In this document: one piece after another, positions 15,987-23,987 of the stretch
Numbering within the stretch: position 1 is the stretch's first letter
How the letters are laid out: the number at the start of each line of letters is the position of its first letter
From: Candidatus Saccharimonadota bacterium
Lineage (GTDB): Bacteria; Bacteroidota; Bacteroidia; Cytophagales; Amoebophilaceae
Direction: 5' to 3'
Length of the DNA stretch: 32,000 nucleotides
Assembly (NCBI RefSeq): GCF_003351905.1
Contig: NZ_CP022339.1
Coordinates: forward strand, 120,001 to 152,000
Made by a program: the position numbers and the translations under genes
The notes under the pieces: model-generated
Databases searched by the model: none
Told to the model about the DNA's origin: nothing
Seen by the model: the letters and a program-made list of their open reading frames with translations, nothing else

Positions 15987-16646
15987 ATGAAACATACACA
16001 TGCAGAAGAGAATTATTTAAAAGCCATTTATATGCTTTCGGAAAGGCAAGAGACGTTGGTTGCCACTACGGCTATGGCCGAGTTTTTACATACCAGTGCT
16101 GCATCCATTACCGATATGATGCAAAAACTACATAATAAGGGGTTGGTGATCTACCGTAAATATCAAGGTGTAATGTTGACAGAAGTAGGGAAGCAATCTG
16201 CTATAAAGATTTTGCGCAAACATTTGCTTTGGGAGGTTTTCTTAGTAGATAAATTAAAATTTGGGTGGAGTGAAATAGATGAGATAGCAGAGCAGTTAGA
16301 GCATATTGACTCCGATATCTTGATTGATCGATTAGACCATTTTCTAGGTAATCCATATTGTAATCCTCATGGTATAGTGATTCCAAATGCCCATGGAAGT
16401 ATTGTAGCCAAGCCTAGATTATTGATGACAGATCTAGATGAGGGAGCAAGTGGCATAATCAGTGCCATTAAAGATGATTCAGCTTCTTTTTTACAATATT
16501 TAGGTAAAAGAAATATCTATTTAGGGGCTAAAATCACCGTTGTTGAAAAAATTCAATTCGATGAATCTATGGATGTAACTATTGATCACCAGTATAAAAT
16601 TAATATATCCCGTAAGATAACAGATCACATTTTAATAACTTTATAA
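15987..16646 (+). CDS. DtxR/MntR-family metal-dependent transcriptional regulator with C-terminal FeoA/SH3-like domain
   Basis: N-terminal wHTH (EENYLKAIYMLSE...TTAMAEFLHTSAASITDMMQKLHNKGLV), a dimerisation/metal region (HLLWEVFLVDKL...AEQLEHI...CNPHG), and a ~70-aa C-terminal domain. Confidence 0.85.
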   Translation: MKHTHAEENYLKAIYMLSERQETLVATTAMAEFLHTSAASITDMMQKLHNKGLVIYRKYQGVMLTEVGKQSAIKILRKHLLWEVFLVDKLKFGWSEIDEIAEQLEHIDSDILIDRLDHFLGNPYCNPHGIVIPNAHGSIVAKPRLLMTDLDEGASGIISAIKDDSASFLQYLGKRNIYLGAKITVVEKIQFDESMDVTIDHQYKINISRKITDHILITL

Positions 16647-16654
16647 CATTGACT

Positions 16655-17587
16655 ATGCTAGCTATTTTTTTTAAATGCCTATTGTCTAATAAGTACAAGA
16701 TTTTTTGTTTGTTTTTTTGTTTAAGCCTATTTGCGTGTGCTGGTCATACTACGGACCAACCATTTACTATTTTAACCACCACAGGTATGCTCGGAGATGC
16801 TGTTAAAAACATTGTAAAAGAGGATGCACAAGTGGTCAGCCTTATGGGGCCTGGTATAGATCCGCATACCTATCAAACGACTCAAAAAGATGTGCAACAG
16901 CTTAGGTGTGCAAGTATGATATTTTATAATGGTCTTGACTTAGAGGGAAAAATGACGAATTTGTTGAAAGAAGTCGCCAAAGATAAAGCGGTGTATGCGG
17001 TTAGTGATGCCCTGAATAAAACAGCGCTACTATGTGATGGTCCTGTTGGGATAGACCCCCATATCTGGTTTGATGTCAATATATGGAAACAGATAGTTGG
17101 TTTTATTAGCCAAAAGCTACAAGCAGCCAGGCCTGAATCAGCGGCTTATTATAAAAGTAATACATTGGCTTATATGGAAGAACTAACGCAGTTACATCAA
17201 TCGGTTACTGCTCAAATTCAATCTATTCCAGAAAAACAGCGGGTATTGATTACGGCACATGATGCTTTTGGTTACTTTGGCAAGGCTTATGGTATAGAAG
17301 TAGTTGGTTTACAGGGTATTTCTACTGTATCTGAGTGTGGGTTACAAGATATTAAACGCATTGTAGACCTTATTATCAATCGGAATGTTAAAGCGGTTTT
17401 TTTTGAAACGTCTGTTTCAGACAAATCTATGCGGGCGGTACTGGAAGGGTGTGCCCGTTATGGGCATAAGGTAACGGTAGGAGGGTACCTCTATTCAGAT
17501 GCGCTTGGTGCGCCTGATACCTTAGAAGGTAGCTATTGTGGGATGATCCACACCAATACTACAACAATTGTCAATGCATTAAGATAA
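16655..17587 (+). CDS. Metal (Mn/Zn/Fe) ABC transporter substrate-binding lipoprotein, TroA/ZnuA/PsaA cluster, copy 1
   Basis: Lipobox LFAC. Metal-ligand blocks GPGIDPHTYQ, GIDPHIWFD, ITAHDAFGYF and FFETSVSDK. The ORF track starts at a TTG at 16649, so the ATG at 16655 is used here. Confidence 0.85.
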   Translation: MLAIFFKCLLSNKYKIFCLFFCLSLFACAGHTTDQPFTILTTTGMLGDAVKNIVKEDAQVVSLMGPGIDPHTYQTTQKDVQQLRCASMIFYNGLDLEGKMTNLLKEVAKDKAVYAVSDALNKTALLCDGPVGIDPHIWFDVNIWKQIVGFISQKLQAARPESAAYYKSNTLAYMEELTQLHQSVTAQIQSIPEKQRVLITAHDAFGYFGKAYGIEVVGLQGISTVSECGLQDIKRIVDLIINRNVKAVFFETSVSDKSMRAVLEGCARYGHKVTVGGYLYSDALGAPDTLEGSYCGMIHTNTTTIVNALR

Positions 17588-17763
17588 AGTGTGTATCTAA
17601 GAACGCAGTCTAAAAGGTCATAATTTTTATCTATAGAATAGCAAATTTCTAGGGAAAAAGTTAGCTTTGCATTGCCTGCTCATAAAATTATAAAGCGTGC
17701 AATCGCATGGGGTGTATAATCTTAAATATAATGTTCTGTATGATAGCCAACTTTACTAGATGC

Positions 17764-18675
17764 ATGTGGTCGAATTTGTATAAAGTTTTTTGTTTATTGG
17801 CTTGTTGGCTTTTATCCTCTTGTTTGGAGACTACTATGAATGAAAAATTTATTATTTTAACTACTACGGGTATATTAGGAGATGCTATTAAAAATATTGT
17901 AAAAGGGGATGCGCATGTAGATGTGGTTAGCCTTATGGGGCCTGGTATAGATCCGCATATGTACCAAACTACTCCAAAAGATGTGCAACAGTTTAGGCGC
18001 GCGCGTATCATATTTTATAATGGTCTTGATTTAGAAGACAAAATGAAAGATCTTTTGGCTAAAGAAAGGAAAGCGTATGCAGTTAGTGAAGCCATCAATA
18101 AAGCACAGCTATTATTTGAGGATATGTTCCCTGTTGGCATAGATCCCCATATCTGGTTTGATGTAAAGCTATGGAAACAAGTGGTTGGTTTTATCAGTCA
18201 AAAGTTGCAAGAAGTCAGACCTGAATCAGCGGTTTACTATCAAAATAATACCTTGGCGTATATGGAAGTACTAGAGCAATTGCATCAATCGGTTACTGAA
18301 CAGATTCAATCTATTCCAGAAAAACAGCGGGTATTGATTACGGCACATGATGCTTTTGGTTATTTTGGTAAAGCTTATGATATAGAAGTAGTTGGTTTGC
18401 AGGGTATTTCTACTGTATCTGAGTGTGGGTTACAAGATATCAAACGCATTGTAGCGCTTATTATAAAACGAAATGTTAAAGCGGTTTTTTTTGAAACATC
18501 TGTTTCAGACAAATCTATGCGGGCGGTACTGGAAGGGTGTGCCAATTATGGGCATGAGGTAGTAGTAGGGGGGTGTCTTTACTCAGATGCACTGGGTGCA
18601 CCTAATACTTTAGCAGGAACCTATTGTGGCATGGTTCGTGCCAATGCTACAACCATTGTTAATGCACTCAAATAA
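17764..18675 (+). CDS. Metal ABC transporter substrate-binding lipoprotein, copy 2 (tandem paralogue)
   Basis: Same ligand blocks as copy 1. Lipobox LSSC. The ORF track starts at 17707. The ATG at 17764 (MWSNLYKVFCLLAC) parallels the copy 1 signal peptide. Confidence 0.85.
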   Translation: MWSNLYKVFCLLACWLLSSCLETTMNEKFIILTTTGILGDAIKNIVKGDAHVDVVSLMGPGIDPHMYQTTPKDVQQFRRARIIFYNGLDLEDKMKDLLAKERKAYAVSEAINKAQLLFEDMFPVGIDPHIWFDVKLWKQVVGFISQKLQEVRPESAVYYQNNTLAYMEVLEQLHQSVTEQIQSIPEKQRVLITAHDAFGYFGKAYDIEVVGLQGISTVSECGLQDIKRIVALIIKRNVKAVFFETSVSDKSMRAVLEGCANYGHEVVVGGCLYSDALGAPNTLAGTYCGMVRANATTIVNALK

Positions 18676-18680
18676 GCATC

Positions 18681-19442
18681 ATGCAGACAGAAAAGCATAT
18701 CGTAACCATAAAGGATTTAACCGTTGGCTATGCAAACAGCAAAACTGTCTTGGAAGAAGTTAGTTTTGATTTACCATCCCATAAAATTATTGGAATCATA
18801 GGTCCAAATGGGGCAGGAAAATCTACCCTATTGAAGGCTGCTATGGGGCTTGTTCCCTATCAAAAGGGTGAAATAAAATTATTGGGCGCACCTATCCATA
18901 AGGTAAGAAGGTGTATCAGTTATGTGCCTCAAAAGGAATCCGTAGATTGGGATTTCCCTGCGTCTGTTTTTGACATTGCGCTTTTGGGCAGGTATAATAG
19001 ATTGGGATTTTTTGAACGTCCTAATAAAAAAGATAAAGCTATAGCTATGCAGTGCTTAGAGGAGTTAGGCATAGCACACCTTGCCAAGCGCCAAATTGGC
19101 GAACTATCTGGAGGGCAACAACAACGCGTATTTTTAGCCAGGGCATTGGCACAAGATGCAGCATTGTATTTTATGGATGAACCTTTTACAGGTATAGATG
19201 TGACTACAGAGAAAATGGTTATTAGGCTTTTAAAAAACATGGTAGCGGCAGGAAAAACAATTGTGGTCGTACACCATGATTTGGGGTCCGTACATAGCTA
19301 TTTTGATTGGCTGATATTACTGAATCATAAGCTTATAGCTTCTGGTGATACAAAAAAGGTTTTTACAGCTGATTTATTAGAAAAAACATATGGTAGCAGA
19401 TTCCCTTGTTTTCAAGCGTACTCAAACAAGTGTCCATTATAA
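18681..19442 (+). CDS. Metal ABC transporter ATP-binding protein (ZnuC/TroB/MntA-like)
   Basis: Walker A GPNGAGKST, Q-loop, signature LSGGQQQR, Walker B LYFMDEP, H-loop VVHHD. It starts 6 nt after the copy 2 stop. Confidence 0.9.
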   Translation: MQTEKHIVTIKDLTVGYANSKTVLEEVSFDLPSHKIIGIIGPNGAGKSTLLKAAMGLVPYQKGEIKLLGAPIHKVRRCISYVPQKESVDWDFPASVFDIALLGRYNRLGFFERPNKKDKAIAMQCLEELGIAHLAKRQIGELSGGQQQRVFLARALAQDAALYFMDEPFTGIDVTTEKMVIRLLKNMVAAGKTIVVVHHDLGSVHSYFDWLILLNHKLIASGDTKKVFTADLLEKTYGSRFPCFQAYSNKCPL

Positions 19443-19452
19443 CAGGATAGGT

Positions 19453-19480
19453 GCTAACTTTTTAAGAAGTTAGCTATTTT
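19453..19480. terminator. Candidate terminator hairpin between convergent ATPase and HIT genes
   Basis: GCTAACTT (19453-60) pairs with AAGTTAGC (19467-74) around a 6-nt loop, followed by TATTTT. It overlaps the last codons of the HIT ORF. Confidence 0.35.
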
Positions 19481-19972
19481 CGCTAGTTTTTCATCTGATT
19501 CTCGCGCCGCATCATGAGAGGAAATATAGCCAGGGTAGCTAGCAAATTTAGTTTTAATATTGTGTGATACCCTTTTTTGCCAACTACCACCTTTCGTTCC
19601 ATGCAGAGGGATTAATTTAGCATGTAAATGATTGACCCCATATCCTTCAAATATAAGGGCTGTTCTGGCAACAGTTGGAAACCTACGAACCAATAAGTCG
19701 GATACTTCTTTAGCGGCTCCCATTAACCCATTGATTTCTTCTGATGTATGATCAAAAATATAGCTGCTCAGATGGCGTTTAGGTATTACTACTGTAAATC
19801 CTTCTGTGTTAGGAAATATGGATAAAAAAGCCATATAATTGTTATCTTCCCATATTTGATGACAAGGTGCTAACCCAGCTACGATTTCACAAAAGATACA
19901 TGTTTGTGTGGGTAGATCAGTAGGCATGTGCATAATGGCTGAGTGATATTTGTTTGCAAGTGTTTTAAACAT
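19454..19972 (-). CDS. HIT (histidine triad) family protein with atypical triad
   Basis: CIFCEIVAG, FLSIFPNTEGFTVVIPKRH and the motif region GVNHLHAKLIP (H-L-H-A-K instead of H-x-H-x-H). The start may be M14 or M16 rather than 19972. Confidence 0.8.
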   Translation of the reverse strand: MFKTLANKYHSAIMHMPTDLPTQTCIFCEIVAGLAPCHQIWEDNNYMAFLSIFPNTEGFTVVIPKRHLSSYIFDHTSEEINGLMGAAKEVSDLLVRRFPTVARTALIFEGYGVNHLHAKLIPLHGTKGGSWQKRVSHNIKTKFASYPGYISSHDAARESDEKLAKIANFLKS

Positions 19973-19973
19973 C

Positions 19974-20223
19974 GTATCTATTCAAGTCACTGGTTTTTTG
20001 TTAAAAGAATAGCGCTCCTGTAAAAAGTCGAGATGCAGCAAGTGGCATCTGACAGATGATTGTAAAAAATAGTTTCCTTTGAAGTCCCCAAAAAGGGGGC
20101 TTGCTGTTTTTTCAGCTGTAGGATACCACTTTCAGCGACTTTCTACCGAGGGCTTGATTTTTTACACTTTTTTATCAAGAAAAAAATAAAAATACCTTAT
20201 TAACCAGTTGCGTGAAGAGACAC
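19974..20223 (+). mobile_element. MITE-like element, copy C (full length, 250 bp) with perfect 8-bp target-site duplication
   Basis: TIRs are GTATCTATTCAAGTCACTGGTT (19974-95) and AACCAGTTGCGTGAAGAGACAC (20202-23). It is flanked on both sides by TAAACATC (19966-73 and 20224-31). Internal long inverted repeats are present. No ORF. Confidence 0.8.
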
Positions 20224-20369
20224 TAAACATCTATTTATTCCAACCGGATAAACTACTAGATGCATGAGTATAGTTTAGCTTCCATGAACTGCTTTAAATC
20301 TAGTCAACAAATCTAAATAAACCAAGCCATACCTTACATCAAATTCCATGGCAAGAGTTACGCCATGAT

Positions 20370-21428
20370 CTATTGCACATGATTAGTTTGTTGGCATGTA
20401 GCATTTTGGATCGCTACTTGTTGTGCGACCATTTCAGCCATCTTATTAAAAGGCATCATGGTCGATAGGGTACCTAAATCTCCCTGTTGGCAAATCATAG
20501 GGAGCAGGGGAATTTGGCCTAAAAAAGGTATAGATGTTTTTTCTGCCAATAGTTTTCCCCCATCTTTTCCAAAGATATAGTGGGGATGGCCTTCATCTAG
20601 GAAATAGGACATATTTTCTATTAATCCCAAGATGGGCACCTTAATCTGTTCTTTTTTAAACATGGCAATTGCCTTTATGGCATCTATTAATGCGATTTTT
20701 TGTGGTGTTGTTACTACTACAGCGCCTGTAATGGCAACCGTTTGTACCAATGTAAGGTGAATATCACTGGTTCCAGGGGGAAGATCGATCAATAAGTAGT
20801 CTAGTACGCCCCACGCTGCTTCTTGTAATAATTGCTTAAAAGCCGCACTGGCCATAGGTCCACGCCATACAATGGCCTCTTGCATATTGGACAAAAAGCC
20901 AATAGAAAGCAACTTTACATTATGACGACTTATAGGAATGATATGGTGCTTTCCTTCCTGTTTGACTACAGCTGGCTTGGCGGTTTCGCAACCCCACATG
21001 GTTGGAATAGATGGTCCAAAAATATCCCCATCTAAAAGGCCTACCTGTGCACCATGGTTGGCCAACGCGCACGCCAAATGCGTAGCAATGGTAGACTTAC
21101 CCACACCACCCTTTCCAGAAGTGATAGCAATAATATTTTTAACGCCAGGCAGTATGGAAGGCTTAAAACGCCCTGACGTAACTTTCGATTTGAACTTAAT
21201 GACAATTTCAAAATCATTCGTTACTGTTTCACGAATAGCATTTATACATGCCTGCTTTATTACTTCTTGTAATGGACAAGCTGGCGTAGTAAGTATAATG
21301 GTAAAAGAAATAGTTGCGTTATCTATACAAAGATGCTCAATCATACCCAGCGAAACGAGATCTTTCTTTAAATCAGGATCGTCTACCCTACGTAAAGCTT
21401 CTAGCACCTTTATTTGTAACGTGTTCAT
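20370..21428 (-). CDS. apbC: Mrp/ApbC/NBP35-family Fe-S cluster carrier ATPase
   Basis: N-terminal DUF59-like domain (DPDLKKDLVSLGMI), deviant Walker A SGKGGVGKST, DLPPGTSD and GLIENMSYF. Confidence 0.9.
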   Translation of the reverse strand: MNTLQIKVLEALRRVDDPDLKKDLVSLGMIEHLCIDNATISFTIILTTPACPLQEVIKQACINAIRETVTNDFEIVIKFKSKVTSGRFKPSILPGVKNIIAITSGKGGVGKSTIATHLACALANHGAQVGLLDGDIFGPSIPTMWGCETAKPAVVKQEGKHHIIPISRHNVKLLSIGFLSNMQEAIVWRGPMASAAFKQLLQEAAWGVLDYLLIDLPPGTSDIHLTLVQTVAITGAVVVTTPQKIALIDAIKAIAMFKKEQIKVPILGLIENMSYFLDEGHPHYIFGKDGGKLLAEKTSIPFLGQIPLLPMICQQGDLGTLSTMMPFNKMAEMVAQQVAIQNATCQQTNHVQ

Positions 21429-21767
21429 GTATAGTGACTTGCTTTATCTGGACAGTTTTTGCTTACTTTTATTTACTACTTTTTTTCCATTTGCTAGCCT
21501 ACCATTTTTAAATGGTAGAAGTTCATAGGTTTTTGATGGTTCATACTAGCATAAAACCTAGTTATATTTAGCCCTCTTTTATTGATAAACATACCATTAT
21601 ATTTTAGGGTTCTCTTAGTAAAGCCAGTACGATCTTTGTTTTTTTTTCGAACTAAAGCCTAATCTTATTGCTAGACATCTGATTAATTTTTTTAAAACAT
21701 GAAAACTAAGTTCCTGCAGCAAATAAATTAAAAGATTCTTGTCCGATTTTTTCAGGCCACTACGCTG

Positions 21768-23945
21768 CTAGCATAGCCAAAAATTAATATGTCGTTTATC
21801 CAAATCGCAACTTTTGACTTTTACCTTTACAATATCCCCCAAACGGTAACATTTTTTCGAGCGTTGGCCAACTACCTGAAAGCTATCTGCTTCAAAAACA
21901 TAGACATCATCGGTAAGGTCGGCCAAGCGCACCATACCTTCACAGCCATTCGATAGGATTTCTATGTAGATATTCCATTCGGTTAGACCACTAATGATGC
22001 CCTCCAATGTTTCTTCCTTTAAGTTTTGTATAAACTCTACTTGTTTGTATTTTATGGAGGCCCTTTCTGCATGCACAGCGAGGGATTCTCTTTCTACCGC
22101 ATATTGACATTTTTGTTCATAGGATGCGTTATCATAGATGCGTTCACCTTTTAAATATTTTTTCAAAAGACGATGGGCTAATAGATCCGAGTATCTTCTG
22201 ATCGGAGAAGTAAAATGGGTATAATGGGTAAACGCCAATGCAAAGTGCGGATCGGGTTTTGTAGTGTAGAGCGCTTTAGCCATAGACCGAATGGCCAGTG
22301 CTTGTATAATGTGCTCTTCTTGTTTGCCTTGAATCATCTGTTCTAGTTCATGCATGGCTTTATATACAGGTTTGTTCGTGCTGTTTATTTTATAGCCTAA
22401 TTGGTTCACAAATAAAAAGAATGTATGTAACTTATCTGGGTCTGGATCGTCATGGGTCCGATAGATAAAAGTGGGGCCTTCTTTTTCCTGTTTTTGTTTT
22501 AGTTTGGCTACATGGGTAGCTACTGCTTGGTTGGCCAGTAACATAAATTCCTCAATGAGCCTATGGGCGTCTGTACGGACCTTGGGCATCACTTGAAGTG
22601 GTTTTCCAGTGGCATCTAGTTCAAATGACAGCGATCTGGTTTCAAAATTAATCGCTCCTTTTTCTGAGCGTTTTGTTCGAAGTTGTTGGGCTAAGTGATT
22701 CAATAGGGTAAGTGCTTGGTAAAAATCTCCGCTTTGTCTCTCTATGGCTGCTTGGGCTTCTTCATAAGAAAATCGCTTATCAGAATAGATAATAGTTTCT
22801 CCTAGCCATGTATCATAAATTTTTCCTGTTGCATCTAATTCGAAAATAGCTGAAAGGGTTAATTTAGGTTCATTTGGGCGTAAAGAACATACTACATTAG
22901 AAAGTAGTTCTGGCAGCATAGGAATACAGCGATCTACTAGATAGACAGAGGTATTGCGTGCATAAGCTTCTTTATCCAGCAAACTTTCTGGCAACACATA
23001 ATGGCTTACATCTGCAATATGAATCCCTACTTGATGGCGGCCATTGGCTAATGGTTGATAGGAGAGGGCATCGTCAAAATCCTTGGCGTCTGCTGGATCT
23101 ATGGTAAAAGTAGGTATATGCCGAAGGTCTCTTCTTTGCGTTATTTCTTCTTCGGTAATTACCAAAGGTATGTTTTGAGTGCTTTCAAGCACGTTTTCTG
23201 GAAAAGTATCCTTTAAACCAAATTCAGCCATAATGGCATGCATCTCTACCTCATGTAGACCAGCCTGACCCAGATGTTGTACTACTTTACCTGTCCCTTG
23301 CCTATTCAGCATAGAGGTTAACGTAATGACTACTTTATCATTTTTTTGCAGTATAAGGTTTGGTTCTTTTTCTAATAACACAGTGTAAGTCATGCGTTTT
23401 TGTTCAACTATGGCTTGGGGTTGCTTGCCAGCCACAGTGACGCGCCCAATGATCGTGTTGCGTTCAATAATTTCCACTACTACACCTTCTGGACGCCTGC
23501 GGCCCCTCGTTGGCAGCAAGCAGACTTTAACCAAGTCGTTATCTAATGCAGATAGTAGGTTGTTTTGACGCACCAGTACATCTTTGGGCTGACTCGGTGC
23601 CACAATATAAGCATATTCAGTATGGACATAATCTACGCGTCCTGTGATGTAAATAGGCGCGGTGGGGTGCAGATAACGTCCTTTGCTTATTTTTTTAATC
23701 ATACCTTCTTGCAAAAGATCTAATAGAACTTTTTTGACCTTTGCTTTATCTGATTTTATTTTAACCTTTAATACCGTACAGAGTTGTTGTATGGTATAGG
23801 CTTGATTGGGCTCCTTTTGTAGGGTATGCACAATACGTGTTGCATAGTTTTGCACTGATTTTTTCTTTTTAATGTTAGGAGGGTGGGATGCTTGCATAGG
23901 TAATATTACTTGGAATGATGCAACCCATCTAAGATTGCTGTACAC
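21768..23945 (-). CDS. rnr: Ribonuclease R
   Basis: RNB catalytic motifs (FTIDPADAKDFDDALS, VGIHIADVSHYV, TSVYLVDRCIPMLP, HFALAF--YTHFTSPIRRYSDL). A C-terminal S1 domain (LEGIISGLTEWNIYIEI...VKVKVKSCD) and N-terminal cold-shock-like regions. Confidence 0.9.
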   Translation of the reverse strand: MYSNLRWVASFQVILPMQASHPPNIKKKKSVQNYATRIVHTLQKEPNQAYTIQQLCTVLKVKIKSDKAKVKKVLLDLLQEGMIKKISKGRYLHPTAPIYITGRVDYVHTEYAYIVAPSQPKDVLVRQNNLLSALDNDLVKVCLLPTRGRRRPEGVVVEIIERNTIIGRVTVAGKQPQAIVEQKRMTYTVLLEKEPNLILQKNDKVVITLTSMLNRQGTGKVVQHLGQAGLHEVEMHAIMAEFGLKDTFPENVLESTQNIPLVITEEEITQRRDLRHIPTFTIDPADAKDFDDALSYQPLANGRHQVGIHIADVSHYVLPESLLDKEAYARNTSVYLVDRCIPMLPELLSNVVCSLRPNEPKLTLSAIFELDATGKIYDTWLGETIIYSDKRFSYEEAQAAIERQSGDFYQALTLLNHLAQQLRTKRSEKGAINFETRSLSFELDATGKPLQVMPKVRTDAHRLIEEFMLLANQAVATHVAKLKQKQEKEGPTFIYRTHDDPDPDKLHTFFLFVNQLGYKINSTNKPVYKAMHELEQMIQGKQEEHIIQALAIRSMAKALYTTKPDPHFALAFTHYTHFTSPIRRYSDLLAHRLLKKYLKGERIYDNASYEQKCQYAVERESLAVHAERASIKYKQVEFIQNLKEETLEGIISGLTEWNIYIEILSNGCEGMVRLADLTDDVYVFEADSFQVVGQRSKKCYRLGDIVKVKVKSCDLDKRHINFWLC

Positions 23946-23987
23946 ATCTTCTGAATCTTAACTGTTAATTGCGTAATGCCTACAGAT

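Noticed and set aside
17688-18011. 107-aa minus-strand ORF across the start of the second binding-protein gene
   Set aside because: It is antisense to a gene with strong family motifs and has no features of its own.
21499-21518. Short palindrome CTACCATTTTTAAATGGTAG in the apbC-rnr intergenic region
   Set aside because: The stem is only 8-9 bp and AT-rich, with a minimal loop and no adjacent T-run on either strand. It cannot be distinguished from chance in AT-rich DNA.
20938-21528. 196-aa ORF on the plus strand (and nested 65-67 aa ORFs at 20832-21035 and 21314-21511)
   Set aside because: It is fully antisense to the well-supported Mrp/ApbC gene, and its sequence has no motifs. It is a typical shadow ORF.
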